64,000 nucleotides of DNA, taken from Tissierellia bacterium (GTDB taxonomy: Bacteria; Bacillota; Clostridia; Tissierellales; Tepidimicrobiaceae). Location of the stretch: NCBI GenBank assembly GCA_036720245.1, contig DAIMNI010000001.1, positions 33,053 through 97,052 on the forward strand, in the 5' to 3' direction. A program made the translations under genes and the position numbers. The notes under the pieces are model-generated. The model did no database searches. It saw only the letters and a list, made by a program, of their open reading frames with translations, and was not told where the DNA came from. Positions 20,959 to 31,695 of this stretch are shown piece by piece. Every line of letters starts with the position of its first letter. Position 1 is the first letter of the stretch.

Positions 20959-21495
20959 ATGGAAGACTTTATAAAAGAAGTACTTGTAACAACTGACGAA
21001 ATTGAGGCAAAGGTTAAAGAATTAGGCAAACAAATAACTGAAGACTATCAGGGAGAGGAATTAATATTAATTGGCATATTAAAAGGTGCTGTAATATTTA
21101 TGGGAGATTTGGCTAGAAATATTCAGATGCCAGTAGAAATGGATTTTATGGCTGTATCCAGTTATGGCTTATCTTCTACTTCTACTGGTGTAGTCAGATT
21201 GTTGAAGGATTTAGATTGTAGTATAGAAGGGAAACATGTTTTAATAGTAGAAGATATCATAGATACAGGTCTTACATTGTCATATTTAATGGATAATCTA
21301 AATAAAAGAGGGGCAAAATCAGTTAAAGCATGTACTCTTTTAGACAAGCCAGATAGGAGAAAAACTGATGTTCCAGTAGCCTATAGGGGGTTTGAAATTC
21401 CCGATGAGTTTGTAGTGGGCTATGGAATAGACTATGCTCAAAAGTATAGAAATTTACCTTATGTGGCAGCTTTAAAAGAGGAAGTTTATAGCTAA
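20959..21495 (+). CDS. hpt: hypoxanthine phosphoribosyltransferase
   Basis: PRPP motif VLIVEDIIDTGLTL plus FVVGYGIDYAQKYRNLPY. The ATG at 20959 follows GAGGAGGGG. Confidence 0.95.
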   Translation: MEDFIKEVLVTTDEIEAKVKELGKQITEDYQGEELILIGILKGAVIFMGDLARNIQMPVEMDFMAVSSYGLSSTSTGVVRLLKDLDCSIEGKHVLIVEDIIDTGLTLSYLMDNLNKRGAKSVKACTLLDKPDRRKTDVPVAYRGFEIPDEFVVGYGIDYAQKYRNLPYVAALKEEVYS

Positions 21496-21573
21496 AAATT
21501 TATTGTGCTTTAAGATTAGTTATGCTATAATAGGAAAATATAAGTTAATTTTAGACAGAAGGGAGGACTAGGA

Positions 21574-23394
21574 TTGAGAAAGTTTTTTAGAGGCAGTAGC
21601 TTTTATTTGCTTCTATTTATTATAATAATTTTTGCAGTATCTACATTTAGTAAAGATGTAGAGCCCGCAAGAGAAATGGATGTAATTGAGTTTCTAGACA
21701 ATTTAGATAAAAATAATATACAAAGTATTAATACTCAGGGAGATGTACTAAAGGGTAAGCTTAAAGATGGAACCCAATATGAATTAATAATTCCTGAGCA
21801 TATGAAGAGCACTTTTTACAAGGATTATTTACAAGATAAAATTGATTCTAAAGAAATTAAATCTTATAAAGGCGTAGCTGAGCCTACTGTTCCTTGGATT
21901 GTAAGTATATTACCTACAATATTTGTGATTTTAATGTTTGTGGTATTTTGGTTTATGCTTATGCAACAATCCCAAGGTGGGGGCAATAAGGTCATGTCCT
22001 TTGGGAAAAGTAAGGCTAAAATGCATAAGGAAGATGATAAAGATTTAGTTACATTTTCTGATGTGGCAGGTTTAGAAGAAGAAAAAGAAGAATTAGAAGA
22101 GATTGTAGATTTTCTCAAAAATCCAAGAAAATATTTAGAAATAGGTGCTAGAATTCCAAAGGGAGTATTATTAGTAGGCCCTCCAGGTACAGGTAAAACA
22201 TATTTATCTAAAGCAGTAGCTGGAGAAGCAGGAGTGCCATTTTTTAGTATTTCAGGTTCAGATTTTGTGGAAATGTTTGTAGGAGTTGGAGCTAGCAGGG
22301 TAAGGGATTTATTTGAACAGGCAAAGAAAAATGCACCTTGTATAATCTTTATAGATGAAATAGATGCAGTAGGAAGACAAAGAGGTGCAGGCCTAGGTGG
22401 AGGTCATGATGAAAGGGAACAAACCTTAAATCAATTATTAGTTGAAATGGATGGCTTTGGTACCAATGAAGGTATTATAGTAATGGCAGCTACTAATAGA
22501 CCTGATATATTAGACCCAGCACTTTTAAGGCCTGGTAGATTTGATAGACAAATCTATGTAGGACTTCCTGATATAAAGGCTAGGGAAGAGATATTGAAGG
22601 TTCACACTAGGAATAAACCTCTAGATGATGATGTAGACTTAAAGGTAGTAGCCAAAAGAACTCCAGGATTTTCTCCTGCTGATTTGGAAAACCTAACAAA
22701 TGAAGCTGCATTGTTATCTGCAAGACACGATCGTAAAACAATAAATATGGAAACAATAAATGAGGCTTCCATTAAAGTAGTAGCAGGTCCTGAAAAGAAA
22801 TCTAAAGTTATTAGCGAAGAAGAAAGAAAGCTTACTGCCTATCATGAAGCAGGCCATGCAATTACCTCTAGACTACTTCCAGATCAAGATTCAGTTCATA
22901 TGGTTACGATTATTCCAAGGGGAATGGCTGGTGGATTTACGGCCTATTTACCAGAGGAAGATAGATATTATATGACTAAAAAGGAAATGGAAGGCGAATT
23001 GGTTAGTTTATTAGGTGGTAGAGTAGCAGAGGCATTAGTATTAGGGGATATATCCACAGGTGCCCAAAATGATATAGAAAGAGCCACAAAAGTTGCTAGA
23101 AGAATGGTAACCCACTATGGTATGAGCAGTAATTTAGGTCCTATGACCTATGGAACTGATGATGAAGAAGTTTTTATGGGTAGGGACTTTGGTAGATCTA
23201 GAAATTACAGTGAAGAAGTAGCAGCAGCCATAGACAGAGAAATGAGAGGCTTAATAGATATGGCTTATAATAAAGCGGAATCTTTATTAAAAGAAAATAT
23301 AAATATACTTCATAGAGTAGCCGAAGCATTACTTGAAAGAGAAACTCTAGATGGAAAAGAATTTGAAGAAATATTTATAGGAGCAAGTGCTTAG
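21574..23394 (+). CDS. ftsH: ATP-dependent zinc metalloprotease FtsH
   Basis: Two TM segments, AAA+ Walker A GPPGTGKT, Walker B IIFIDEID, an SRH region and the HEAGH zinc site. Confidence 0.97.
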   Translation: MRKFFRGSSFYLLLFIIIIFAVSTFSKDVEPAREMDVIEFLDNLDKNNIQSINTQGDVLKGKLKDGTQYELIIPEHMKSTFYKDYLQDKIDSKEIKSYKGVAEPTVPWIVSILPTIFVILMFVVFWFMLMQQSQGGGNKVMSFGKSKAKMHKEDDKDLVTFSDVAGLEEEKEELEEIVDFLKNPRKYLEIGARIPKGVLLVGPPGTGKTYLSKAVAGEAGVPFFSISGSDFVEMFVGVGASRVRDLFEQAKKNAPCIIFIDEIDAVGRQRGAGLGGGHDEREQTLNQLLVEMDGFGTNEGIIVMAATNRPDILDPALLRPGRFDRQIYVGLPDIKAREEILKVHTRNKPLDDDVDLKVVAKRTPGFSPADLENLTNEAALLSARHDRKTINMETINEASIKVVAGPEKKSKVISEEERKLTAYHEAGHAITSRLLPDQDSVHMVTIIPRGMAGGFTAYLPEEDRYYMTKKEMEGELVSLLGGRVAEALVLGDISTGAQNDIERATKVARRMVTHYGMSSNLGPMTYGTDDEEVFMGRDFGRSRNYSEEVAAAIDREMRGLIDMAYNKAESLLKENINILHRVAEALLERETLDGKEFEEIFIGASA

Positions 23395-23449
23395 TACAAT
23401 TGACAGTTGACAATGGACAGTTGGCAATGGACAATTGACAATTTATAAT
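23395..23449 (+). repeat. tandem heptanucleotide array (KGRCART)n starting directly after the ftsH stop codon
   Basis: tacaat|tgacagt|tgacaat|ggacagt|tggcaat|ggacaat|tgacaat|ttataat, strict 7-nt register. A related array lies at 25314-25347. Confidence 0.85.
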
Positions 23450-23454
23450 TGTAG

Positions 23455-23500
23455 GGGCAGCTTCCTTGTTTGGTTTTCAAACAGGGAGCTGCCCTTTTTT
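23455..23500 (+). terminator. long-stem intrinsic terminator after ftsH
   Basis: gggcagcttccttgttt-ggttttc-aaacagggagctgccc followed by tttttt. Confidence 0.8.
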
Positions 23501-23633
23501 ATATTTATTCAACAAAAAATGCTAAATTTTTTGCAACAAATACTTCATTTTAAAATTTTCTTGAAATATATGTTGCAAAATTTATTGTCTTATTACATAA
23601 TATAGATGGAGAGAGTTAAAGGAGGTCAGGAAA

Positions 23634-25313
23634 ATGTTTGATGAAAAAAAATTAGAGGAAATTAAAAGTGGAAAAAAGCAATGGACTGAAGGTCCAGTGG
23701 AAAAGGCCATTAGTAGATTTCCAGAAAGAAAAGAAAAATTTACTACAGGATCTAATATGGAGGTAGAAAGGCTTTATACTCCAGAAGAAGTAGAGGATTT
23801 TGACTATAATGAAAAGCTAGGCTATCCAGGAGAATATCCCTATACTAGAGGTGTTCAACCTACAATGTATAGAGGTAGACTTTGGACTATGAGACAATAT
23901 GCAGGTTTTGCTACTGCTGAAGAATCCAATCAAAGATATAAATACTTATTAGAACAAGGACAGACAGGACTTTCTGTTGCCTTTGATTTGCCTACTCAAA
24001 TAGGTTATGATTCTGACCATGGCTTATCTGAAGGAGAAGTTGGGAAAGTAGGAGTTGCTATAGATTCCCTAAAAGATATGGAAATATTATTTGATGGAAT
24101 ACCATTAGACAAAGTGAGTACTTCCATGACTATAAATGCACCAGCTAGTGTATTATTAGCCATGTATATTGCTGTGGCAGAAAAGCAGGGAGTATCTAGG
24201 GATAAGTTAAGAGGAACTATTCAAAACGATATTCTAAAGGAATACATAGCTAGGGGGACATATATATTTCCACCAAAGCCTAGTATGAGATTAATAACCA
24301 ATATATTTGAATATTGTTCTAAAGAAGTTCCTCAATGGAACACCATTAGTATTAGTGGCTATCATATAAGAGAAGCAGGGTCTACAGCAGCTCAAGAAGT
24401 AGCATTTACATTGGCAGATGGTATTGCTTATGTAGAAGCAGCCATTGAAGCAGGGCTAGATGTAGATGATTTTGCACCAAGGCTATCCTTTTTCTTTAAT
24501 GCCCACAATGATTTATTAGAAGAAGTTTCAAAATATAGAGCAGCTAGAAGGCTTTGGGCAAAAATTATGAAGGAAAGATTCAATGCCAAAAATCCAAAAT
24601 CTATGATGTTAAAATTCCATACTCAAACAGCAGGTTCCACACTAACAGCACAACAACCAGATAACAATATAATTAGAGTAACTATTCAAACCTTAGCAGC
24701 AGTTTTAGGAGGAACTCAATCCTTGCATACTAATTCTAGGGATGAGGCTTTAGCACTACCTACAGAGGAAGCAGTTATGATTGCCCTTAGAACTCAACAA
24801 ATAGTGGCTTATGAATCTGGGGTAACAGAAACCATAGATCCTTTAGCAGGTTCCTATTATATAGAAAGCCTAACAGATAAAATAGAGGCAGAAGCTATAA
24901 AATATATTGAAAAAATAGATGAATTAGGTGGCGCACCACATGCCATAGAAAATGGCTATATACAACAAGAAATTCAAAATTCTGCCTATAGATACCAAAT
25001 GGAAATAGAAAATCAAGAAAGAATAGTAGTAGGTATGAATAAATTCCACATAGATGAAGAAGCCCATAAGGATTTATTAAAAGTGGATCCAGAGGTAGAA
25101 AGACTTCAAAAAGAAAAATTAAGAAAATTAAAATCTGAAAGAAATAATGAAGATGTAGAAAATAGATTAAAGGAATTAGAAAATGCAGCAAAAACTGATG
25201 CCAACTTAATGCCTTATATATTAGAAGCAGTAAAAGTATATGGTACATTGGGAGAAATCTGTGATGTACTCCGTGGAGTATTTGGTGAATATGAACAATC
25301 AGTAATACTTTAA
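23634..25313 (+). CDS. methylmalonyl-CoA mutase, large (catalytic TIM-barrel) subunit, split form
   Basis: Collinear with my recollection of P. shermanii Mut[69 protein letters not shown]. It lacks the B12 domain, which is encoded separately. Confidence 0.9.
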   Translation: MFDEKKLEEIKSGKKQWTEGPVEKAISRFPERKEKFTTGSNMEVERLYTPEEVEDFDYNEKLGYPGEYPYTRGVQPTMYRGRLWTMRQYAGFATAEESNQRYKYLLEQGQTGLSVAFDLPTQIGYDSDHGLSEGEVGKVGVAIDSLKDMEILFDGIPLDKVSTSMTINAPASVLLAMYIAVAEKQGVSRDKLRGTIQNDILKEYIARGTYIFPPKPSMRLITNIFEYCSKEVPQWNTISISGYHIREAGSTAAQEVAFTLADGIAYVEAAIEAGLDVDDFAPRLSFFFNAHNDLLEEVSKYRAARRLWAKIMKERFNAKNPKSMMLKFHTQTAGSTLTAQQPDNNIIRVTIQTLAAVLGGTQSLHTNSRDEALALPTEEAVMIALRTQQIVAYESGVTETIDPLAGSYYIESLTDKIEAEAIKYIEKIDELGGAPHAIENGYIQQEIQNSAYRYQMEIENQERIVVGMNKFHIDEEAHKDLLKVDPEVERLQKEKLRKLKSERNNEDVENRLKELENAAKTDANLMPYILEAVKVYGTLGEICDVLRGVFGEYEQSVIL

Positions 25314-25347
25314 TACAATGGACAATGGACAATGGATAATTGACAAT
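25314..25347 (+). repeat. second heptanucleotide array, starting directly after the mutase large-subunit stop codon
   Basis: tacaat|ggacaat|ggacaat|ggataat|tgacaat. It has the same TA(A/G)|TACAAT junction as the array at 23395. Confidence 0.85.
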
Positions 25348-25465
25348 TAAAAGACTATAAACAAAAGGGATAGTCTCTAATATTTGGTTTTCATGTCATC
25401 CTGAGCCGAAGGTGAAGGATCTTAGACCCAAAAGATAGACCCAGATAATTGTTAATTGTCAATTA
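25337..25465. mobile_element. MITE/REP-like insertion with 13-bp terminal inverted repeats inside the mutase operon
   Basis: TAATTGACAATTA (25337-25349) and its exact reverse complement TAATTGTCAATTA (25453-25465). They flank about 103 bp containing the hairpin agactat..atagtct and one GTCATCCTGAGC..GTGAAGGATCT arm (25395-25422). No ORF. Confidence 0.55.
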
Positions 25466-25501
25466 AAAACTATCAATTGAATAAATTTGGAGGGAGAAAA
25501 T

Positions 25502-25897
25502 ATGGATAGACCTATTAGAGTTTTGGTAGCAAAGCCTGGTCTTGATGGCCATGATAGAGGTGCTAAAGTAATCGCCAGATCTTTAAGGGATGCTGGTATG
25601 GAGGTAATATATACAGGACTTAGACAAACACCAGAACAAATTGTGGCAGCTGCCATTCAAGAGGACGTAGATGTAGTAGCTATGAGCATATTATCTGGAG
25701 CACATAATCATCTTTTTCCTAAAGTAGTAAATTTACTTAAAGAAGAAGGAGTAGATGATGTATTAATTATTGGTGGAGGAGTTATACCTGATGAGGACAT
25801 ACCTGGCCTAAAAGAAGCAGGTGTAGAGGCAATCTTTACTCCGGGCACCTCTACTAAAGATGTGGTAAAATATATTGAAGATAATCTTAAAAGATAA
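25502..25897 (+). CDS. methylmalonyl-CoA mutase, small cobalamin-binding subunit
   Basis: [20 protein letters not shown] carries the DxHxxG B12-binding motif, with SILSGAH and GGGVIP. The ATG at 25502 follows GGAGGGAG. Confidence 0.9.
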   Translation: MDRPIRVLVAKPGLDGHDRGAKVIARSLRDAGMEVIYTGLRQTPEQIVAAAIQEDVDVVAMSILSGAHNHLFPKVVNLLKEEGVDDVLIIGGGVIPDEDIPGLKEAGVEAIFTPGTSTKDVVKYIEDNLKR

Positions 25898-25901
25898 TTA
25901 G

Positions 25902-26849
25902 GTGGTGCTTTTATTGAATATAGAAGAAAGGCTACTAAAGGGAGATAAGAGAGCCTGTGCCAGAATGATTACCATGCTAGAAAATAACGACGAAGAGGCA
26001 ATAGAAATAATTAAAAAATTATATAAGCACACAGGAGGGGCCTATGTAATTGGTATCACAGGACCACCTGGTTCAGGTAAATCTACTTTAACAGATAGAC
26101 TTACTAAAGAAATCTTAAAAATGAATAAAAAAGTAGGTATAATTGCTATAGACCCTACTAGCCCTTTTACAGGTGGGGCAATACTTGGAGACAGAATTCG
26201 TATGAACGACTTGGCCTTGGAGAAAAATGTATTTATTAGAAGTATGGGAACTAGGGGTTCTCTAGGGGGCATGAGCAAGGCAACCTGGGGAGCTATAAAA
26301 GTATTAGATATTTATGGTTGTGATTATATAATTGTAGAAACTGTAGGAGTAGGCCAATCAGAAGTAGATATAGTCAAAACAGCAGATACAGTGCTTATGG
26401 TAATGGTACCTAATTTAGGGGATGATATACAGGCAATAAAGGCGGGAATAATGGAAATTGCAGATGTCTTCGCTATTAATAAATCGGATTTAGATGGAGC
26501 AGATAGGACTAAATTGGAAATAGAAATGAATTTAGATTTAAATCTTAGAGAGGAATATAGACCAGCTGTGTTAAAGGTCTCTGCAAGTAAAGGAGATAAT
26601 ATAGAAAAATTACTAGAGGAAATAATAGCCCACAGAAAATACTTAGAGGACACAGGAGAATTAATATTAAGAAGAGAGAAAAATGCTGAAATTGAAATAC
26701 TAAAATTAGTAGAAGAGGAATTAATGAAATTAATTATGGATAAATCCTTAGAAAAAAACATACTAGAAAAGCTATCAAAAGAAATAGTAGAAAAAGAAAT
26801 AGACCCTTATTCTGCCAAAGATAAAATTTTAAATATTATAAGAGGATAG
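25902..26849 (+). CDS. meaB: MeaB/ArgK-type G-protein chaperone of methylmalonyl-CoA mutase
   Basis: P-loop [48 protein letters not shown]. The start is ambiguous (GTG 25902 or TTG 25914). Confidence 0.9.
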   Translation: MVLLLNIEERLLKGDKRACARMITMLENNDEEAIEIIKKLYKHTGGAYVIGITGPPGSGKSTLTDRLTKEILKMNKKVGIIAIDPTSPFTGGAILGDRIRMNDLALEKNVFIRSMGTRGSLGGMSKATWGAIKVLDIYGCDYIIVETVGVGQSEVDIVKTADTVLMVMVPNLGDDIQAIKAGIMEIADVFAINKSDLDGADRTKLEIEMNLDLNLREEYRPAVLKVSASKGDNIEKLLEEIIAHRKYLEDTGELILRREKNAEIEILKLVEEELMKLIMDKSLEKNILEKLSKEIVEKEIDPYSAKDKILNIIRG

Positions 26850-26859
26850 GAGGAATACC

Positions 26860-27261
26860 ATGGTAAAAAAAGTTGATCATATAGGCATAGCTGTGAAAAA
26901 TTTAGAGGAAGCCTTAGAATTTTATGAAAATACTCTAGGGATTAAATGTCTAGAAACAGAAGTGGTAGAGGAACAAAAGGTAAAAGTAGCTTTTTTACCT
27001 ATAGGTGATACAGAGGTAGAATTATTAGAATCCACCGAAGAAGATGGACCCATAGCTAAATTTATAGAAAAAAGAGGAGAAGGCATCCAACATATTGCCT
27101 ATAAAGTGGATAATATAGAAAAAGCAATTGAAGAATTTCAAGCTAAGGGAATTAGAATGATAGATGAAAAGCCAAGATATGGAGCAGGAGGAGCTAAAAT
27201 TGCCTTTTTACATCCAAAATCTACTTTTGGAGTTTTAATAGAATTATGTGAAAGAGATTAA
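26860..27261 (+). CDS. mce: methylmalonyl-CoA epimerase (VOC/glyoxalase fold)
   Basis: 133 aa. [19 protein letters not shown]...[11 protein letters not shown]...[14 protein letters not shown]. Lies between meaB and mmdA. Confidence 0.85.
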   Translation: MVKKVDHIGIAVKNLEEALEFYENTLGIKCLETEVVEEQKVKVAFLPIGDTEVELLESTEEDGPIAKFIEKRGEGIQHIAYKVDNIEKAIEEFQAKGIRMIDEKPRYGAGGAKIAFLHPKSTFGVLIELCERD

Positions 27262-27282
27262 ACAAGGAGAAGGAGGACTAAA

Positions 27283-28827
27283 ATGAAGGAAAAAATTGAA
27301 AGACTCCTAAAAACTAGAGAAGGTATTGAACTAGGTGGCGGAGAAAAAAGAATTGCAAAACAGCATGAAAGGGGGAAATTGACAGCTAGGGAAAGAATCA
27401 ATCTACTATTAGACGAAGATAGTTTTATAGAAATTGATGCTTTTGTAAAACACAGATGCACTAATTTTGAAATGAGAGATGCAGAAGCGGCATCAGATGG
27501 AGTTGTTACAGGTTATGGTACAGTAGATGGTAGACTTGTATTTGTTTATGCCCAAGATTTTACGGTATTAGGGGGTTCTCTAGGTGAAATGCATGCGGCA
27601 AAAATAAACAAAGTACAAGATATGGCGTTAAAAATGGGTGCACCAATAGTAGGGATAAATGACTCAGGTGGAGCCAGGATACAAGAAGGTGTAGATGCCC
27701 TATCAGGTTATGGAAAAATATTTTATAGAAATACCATATCCTCTGGTGTAATACCTCAAATATCAGCTATAATGGGGCCATCAGCCGGTGGAGCAGTATA
27801 TTCTCCAGCCTTAACAGATTTTATATTTATGGTGGAAAAAACAAGCCAAATGTTTATTACAGGACCTCAAGTAATCAAATCTGTTACAGGAGAAGATGTA
27901 AGTCAAGAAGAATTAGGAGGGGCCAATACTCATAATTCTATATCTGGAGTGGCACATTTTAAAGATAATACAGAAAAGGAAAGTATAGAAAGAATAAGAA
28001 CATTACTTAGTTATTTGCCATCAAATAATTTAGAAGCACCACCAGTATATGAAGTGACAGATGATATAAATAGAGTTGAAGAAACTTTAAATGAACTAGT
28101 ACCAGTTAATCCAAATAAACCTTATGATATGAAAGAAATCATAAAGTTATTAGCCGACAATGGAGAATTATTTGAGATACAAGAGTATTTTGCACAAAAT
28201 ATTATAACTGGATTTATCAGACTTAATGGGAAAACCATTGGGGTAGTGGCAAATCAACCAAAAGTATTAGCAGGATGTTTGGATATAAATGCTTCAGATA
28301 AAGCAGGCAGATTTATTAGAACCTGTGATGCCTTTAATATTCCATTATTAAATTTAGTAGATGTACCAGGATTTTTACCAGGAACAGATCAGGAATATGG
28401 TGGGATAATTCGTCATGGGGCTAAAATGTTATATGCATATAGTGAAGCTACAGTGCCAAAAGTAACTTTAATAGTAAGAAAGGCATATGGTGGAGCTTAT
28501 TTAGCTATGTGTAGTAAAGATTTAGGAGCAGATCAAGTATTTGCTTGGCCTAATGCAGAAATAGCAGTAATGGGACCAGATGGAGCAGCCAATATAATAT
28601 TTAAACACGATATAGCCGATTCAGATGATCCAATAGCAACACGTAAGGAAAAGATTGAAGAATATAGAGATACAGTAGCTAATCCATATATAGCAGCAGA
28701 AAGAGGCTTTGTGGATGATGTAATAGTACCAAGTATTACTAGACCAAGGATTATCTCTGCCTTTGATATGCTAGAAAGCAAAAGAGAATCTAATCCAGCT
28801 AAGAAACATGGTAATTTACCAGTATAG
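27283..28827 (+). CDS. mmdA: methylmalonyl-CoA decarboxylase alpha subunit (carboxyltransferase)
   Basis: 514-aa acyl-CoA carboxyltransferase with LTARERINLLLDEDSF, GGSLGEMHAAKI and two crotonase-like halves. Followed by mmdD/C/B-type genes. Confidence 0.85.
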   Translation: MKEKIERLLKTREGIELGGGEKRIAKQHERGKLTARERINLLLDEDSFIEIDAFVKHRCTNFEMRDAEAASDGVVTGYGTVDGRLVFVYAQDFTVLGGSLGEMHAAKINKVQDMALKMGAPIVGINDSGGARIQEGVDALSGYGKIFYRNTISSGVIPQISAIMGPSAGGAVYSPALTDFIFMVEKTSQMFITGPQVIKSVTGEDVSQEELGGANTHNSISGVAHFKDNTEKESIERIRTLLSYLPSNNLEAPPVYEVTDDINRVEETLNELVPVNPNKPYDMKEIIKLLADNGELFEIQEYFAQNIITGFIRLNGKTIGVVANQPKVLAGCLDINASDKAGRFIRTCDAFNIPLLNLVDVPGFLPGTDQEYGGIIRHGAKMLYAYSEATVPKVTLIVRKAYGGAYLAMCSKDLGADQVFAWPNAEIAVMGPDGAANIIFKHDIADSDDPIATRKEKIEEYRDTVANPYIAAERGFVDDVIVPSITRPRIISAFDMLESKRESNPAKKHGNLPV

Positions 28828-28832
28828 GAAGG

Positions 28833-29198
28833 GTGATAAATTTGGGTGAATATATTACCATTGGAGATAGTTTAATAATTACAGTATTTAGTATGATTGT
28901 AGTATTTATAGTCTTAATAGGCATATCCTATTTAATAGATTTATTGAGAGTTACCACTAATGGTAAGGAAGAAGAGGCTAAAAATACAGTAGTTAAAGAA
29001 AACAAAACTTTAAAAGAAGTTCCAATAGATGCAAATTTAGACGATAAGGAATTAGTAGCAGTAATAGCTGCCGCCGTTGCAGCCAGTATGGGAGTAGGGA
29101 TTACAGATATAAATATTAAAAGTATTAATAGAATATCTCCTTTCGAGCCTATATGGGCTGAAACTGGTAGGAGAGAATATATATCAGGGAAATTATAA
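28833..29198 (+). CDS. mmdD: OadG-like small membrane subunit (MmdD-type)
   Basis: Single N-terminal TM (IITVFSMIVVFIVLIGISYLI), an AVIAAAVAA segment, and a position between the carboxyltransferase and the biotin carrier. The exact start is uncertain. Confidence 0.65.
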   Translation: MINLGEYITIGDSLIITVFSMIVVFIVLIGISYLIDLLRVTTNGKEEEAKNTVVKENKTLKEVPIDANLDDKELVAVIAAAVAASMGVGITDINIKSINRISPFEPIWAETGRREYISGKL

Positions 29199-29226
29199 AA
29201 TATGAAAATAAACGGGAGGTAAAGGC

Positions 29227-29613
29227 ATGAGAAAGTTTTTAATAAATGTAAATGGAAATGAATATGAAGTTGATGTAGAAGAAATAGCAGATGGAAAGTC
29301 AGCACCTACTGCAGCTAAACCAGCATCAGCAGCACCAAAAGCACCAAAGACTGCACCAAAAGTAGCAGAAGAAAAGAAAGAAGTAGTAGTAAATGAAGGT
29401 TCTGAAGTAGTATCTGCACCAATGCCAGGAACTATACTCAGTGTAAATGTAAATGAGGGAGACGAAGTTAAGGCAGGAGATATTTTACTTATATTAGAAG
29501 CTATGAAAATGGAAAATGAAATCTTAGCCCCAAGAGACGGGAAAATATCAAGTATTGGAACTTCAAAGGGTGCATCTGTAAATACTGGAGATAAATTAGT
29601 AGTAATAGACTAA
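29227..29613 (+). CDS. mmdC: biotin carboxyl carrier subunit (MmdC-type)
   Basis: Ala/Pro-rich linker (AAKPASAAPKAPKTAPK) followed by a biotinyl domain with the EAMKMENEI biotinylation motif. Confidence 0.9.
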   Translation: MRKFLINVNGNEYEVDVEEIADGKSAPTAAKPASAAPKAPKTAPKVAEEKKEVVVNEGSEVVSAPMPGTILSVNVNEGDEVKAGDILLILEAMKMENEILAPRDGKISSIGTSKGASVNTGDKLVVID

Positions 29614-29637
29614 GTAAAGGAAAGGAAGGTAGATTAA

Positions 29638-30819
29638 ATGCTTATAGAAATATTAAAGGATTTTTTACAGAGCACAGGATTTGCAGCAATTACACCCGGA
29701 CAGATCATAATGCTTTTAATATCCTTTGTCCTTCTTTACCTAGCTATTAAAAAGGATTTTGAACCCCTTTTATTAATACCTATAGCTTTTGGTATGCTTT
29801 TGGCAAATTTGCCATTGGCAGGTCTTATGGCAGAACCAACGAAGGAATTTGTAATAAATCCATATACTAGGGAAATTGCCTATGAAACTACGGAGGTAGG
29901 AGGATTACTATATTATTTATATCAAGGTGTAAAACTTGGAATATATCCACCTTTGATCTTTTTAGGAGTAGGAGCCATGACAGATTTTGGTCCATTAATA
30001 GCTAATCCAAGATCTATATTATTAGGAGCAGCAGCTCAGTTTGGGATATTCTTTACTTTTATTGGAGCAACAATACTAGGTTTTTCAGGACCACAGGCAG
30101 CAAGTATTGGTATCATAGGTGGAGCAGACGGGCCTACAGCTCTTTATTTAACATCTAAATTGGCACCTGAACTATTAGGGCCTATAGCAGTAGCAGCCTA
30201 TTCTTATATGGCATTAGTACCTATAATACAACCGCCAATAATGAAGGCTCTAACTACGGAAGAAGAAAGAAAAATAGTAATGGAACAATTAAGACCAGTA
30301 TCTAAAAAGGAAAAGATTATATTTCCAATAATGATCACAGTACTTGTTACATTATTATTACCTTCAGCAGGGCCATTAATAGGAATGTTAATGCTAGGTA
30401 ATTTAATGAGAGAATCAGGAGTAGTAGGAAGATTAAGCGAAACAGCACAAAATGAATTGATGAATATAGTAACAATATTTTTAGGTATAACAGTTGGAGC
30501 CACTGCCAATGCAGAAACATTTCTTTCTCCAGACACTATAAAAATAATAGTATTAGGTTTAATAGCCTTCTCCATAGGAACGGCAGCAGGAGTTTTATTT
30601 GGGAAAATCATGTGTAAAACATCAGGTGGCAAAGTAAATCCACTAATAGGTTCAGCAGGAGTATCTGCAGTACCAATGGCAGCTAGAGTATCTCAGAAGG
30701 TAGGACAAGAGGCTAATCCAGCTAATTTCCTATTAATGCATGCCATGGGACCAAATGTGGCAGGAGTTATAGGTTCTGCAGTAGCAGCAGGATTGTTATT
30801 GATGTTTTTCGGTGGATAA
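29638..30819 (+). CDS. mmdB: Na+-translocating decarboxylase beta subunit (MmdB/OadB/GcdB family)
   Basis: 393-aa polytopic membrane protein with [16 protein letters not shown] and [14 protein letters not shown] blocks typical of the family. Confidence 0.85.
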   Translation: MLIEILKDFLQSTGFAAITPGQIIMLLISFVLLYLAIKKDFEPLLLIPIAFGMLLANLPLAGLMAEPTKEFVINPYTREIAYETTEVGGLLYYLYQGVKLGIYPPLIFLGVGAMTDFGPLIANPRSILLGAAAQFGIFFTFIGATILGFSGPQAASIGIIGGADGPTALYLTSKLAPELLGPIAVAAYSYMALVPIIQPPIMKALTTEEERKIVMEQLRPVSKKEKIIFPIMITVLVTLLLPSAGPLIGMLMLGNLMRESGVVGRLSETAQNELMNIVTIFLGITVGATANAETFLSPDTIKIIVLGLIAFSIGTAAGVLFGKIMCKTSGGKVNPLIGSAGVSAVPMAARVSQKVGQEANPANFLLMHAMGPNVAGVIGSAVAAGLLLMFFGG

Positions 30820-30929
30820 TATATAATATTTATAAAGTTGGCTGGCATCTTTTTTTAAAGAGCTGGACAGAATAAATAGAACAAAAAATAACGACTGGTA
30901 TCCGAAAGGAACTAGAGCGGAGGGATAAT

Positions 30930-31685
30930 ATGATTAAAGAAGGAAAGAAATTATCTGTAAGAAAAATGGCTGTTGTAGGTGTATTAGGTGGCCTATCCAT
31001 AGCCTTAGGCTTGACACCTTTGGCTTTTATTCCTGTAGGCCCTACTAGAGCAACTATAATGCATATACCTGTAATTATAGGTGCAATATTAGAAGGACCT
31101 ATAGTAGGAGGATTAATAGGTTTAATATTTGGGTTATCTAGCATGTTTCAGGCAGCTACTAACCCAACTCCTGTATCCTTTATATTTTTAAATCCATTAG
31201 TATCAGTATTACCTAGAGTATTAATTGGAATTGTAGCCCATTATGTATATAAGGGGGCTAAAGATTTAGGTGAAAATAAAATTCTATGGATATTTAGATT
31301 ATTATGGATAGGAATGATTTCTTATTTATTCTATGGAATATATAATGGAATTAAATTAAATAATGGAATGGGAACAATATTTATAAATATTATTTTAATA
31401 GCTTTAACTTTAGCATTTGGAATTTATGGTCAGAAAAAATTAAAAGGCAAAGCTATTCCAGTAACCATAGCAGCAATTTTAGGAACTCTAACTAATACAA
31501 TAGGAGTTTTATCTATGGTGTACTTCTTATATGCAGAAAAATTTGTTGAAAGCCTTGGGCAAAATCCAGATATGGCAGGGAAGATTATATTTGGAATTGG
31601 AATAACAAATGGAATTCCAGAAATTATAATAGGAACTATAATAGTTACCAATGTAGTAGCTGCATTAAATAATAGAGTAAAATAG
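30930..31685 (+). CDS. ECF-transporter substrate-specific (S) component, pantothenate-type suggested by context only
   Basis: Six-TM small membrane protein ([20 protein letters not shown]...[17 protein letters not shown]). It lies immediately upstream of coaX. Confidence 0.6.
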   Translation: MIKEGKKLSVRKMAVVGVLGGLSIALGLTPLAFIPVGPTRATIMHIPVIIGAILEGPIVGGLIGLIFGLSSMFQAATNPTPVSFIFLNPLVSVLPRVLIGIVAHYVYKGAKDLGENKILWIFRLLWIGMISYLFYGIYNGIKLNNGMGTIFINIILIALTLAFGIYGQKKLKGKAIPVTIAAILGTLTNTIGVLSMVYFLYAEKFVESLGQNPDMAGKIIFGIGITNGIPEIIIGTIIVTNVVAALNNRVK

Positions 31686-31695
31686 AGGTGGTAAA

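Noticed and set aside
23395-23449. Heptad arrays as CtsR operators or as coding sequence (QLTVDNGQLAMDN-type peptides)
   Set aside because: The CtsR operator is a GGTCAAA heptad direct repeat, not GGACAAT. The arrays lie after stop codons rather than at promoters. All frames through the arrays are short and lack start signals.
30820-30929. Possible riboswitch or terminator between mmdB and the ECF S-component gene
   Set aside because: I could find no convincing hairpin or recognisable riboswitch core. GCTGG occurs as a direct, not inverted, repeat.
30830-31144. 104-aa minus-strand ORF
   Set aside because: It overlaps the 5' half of the ECF S-component gene in antisense. No independent support.
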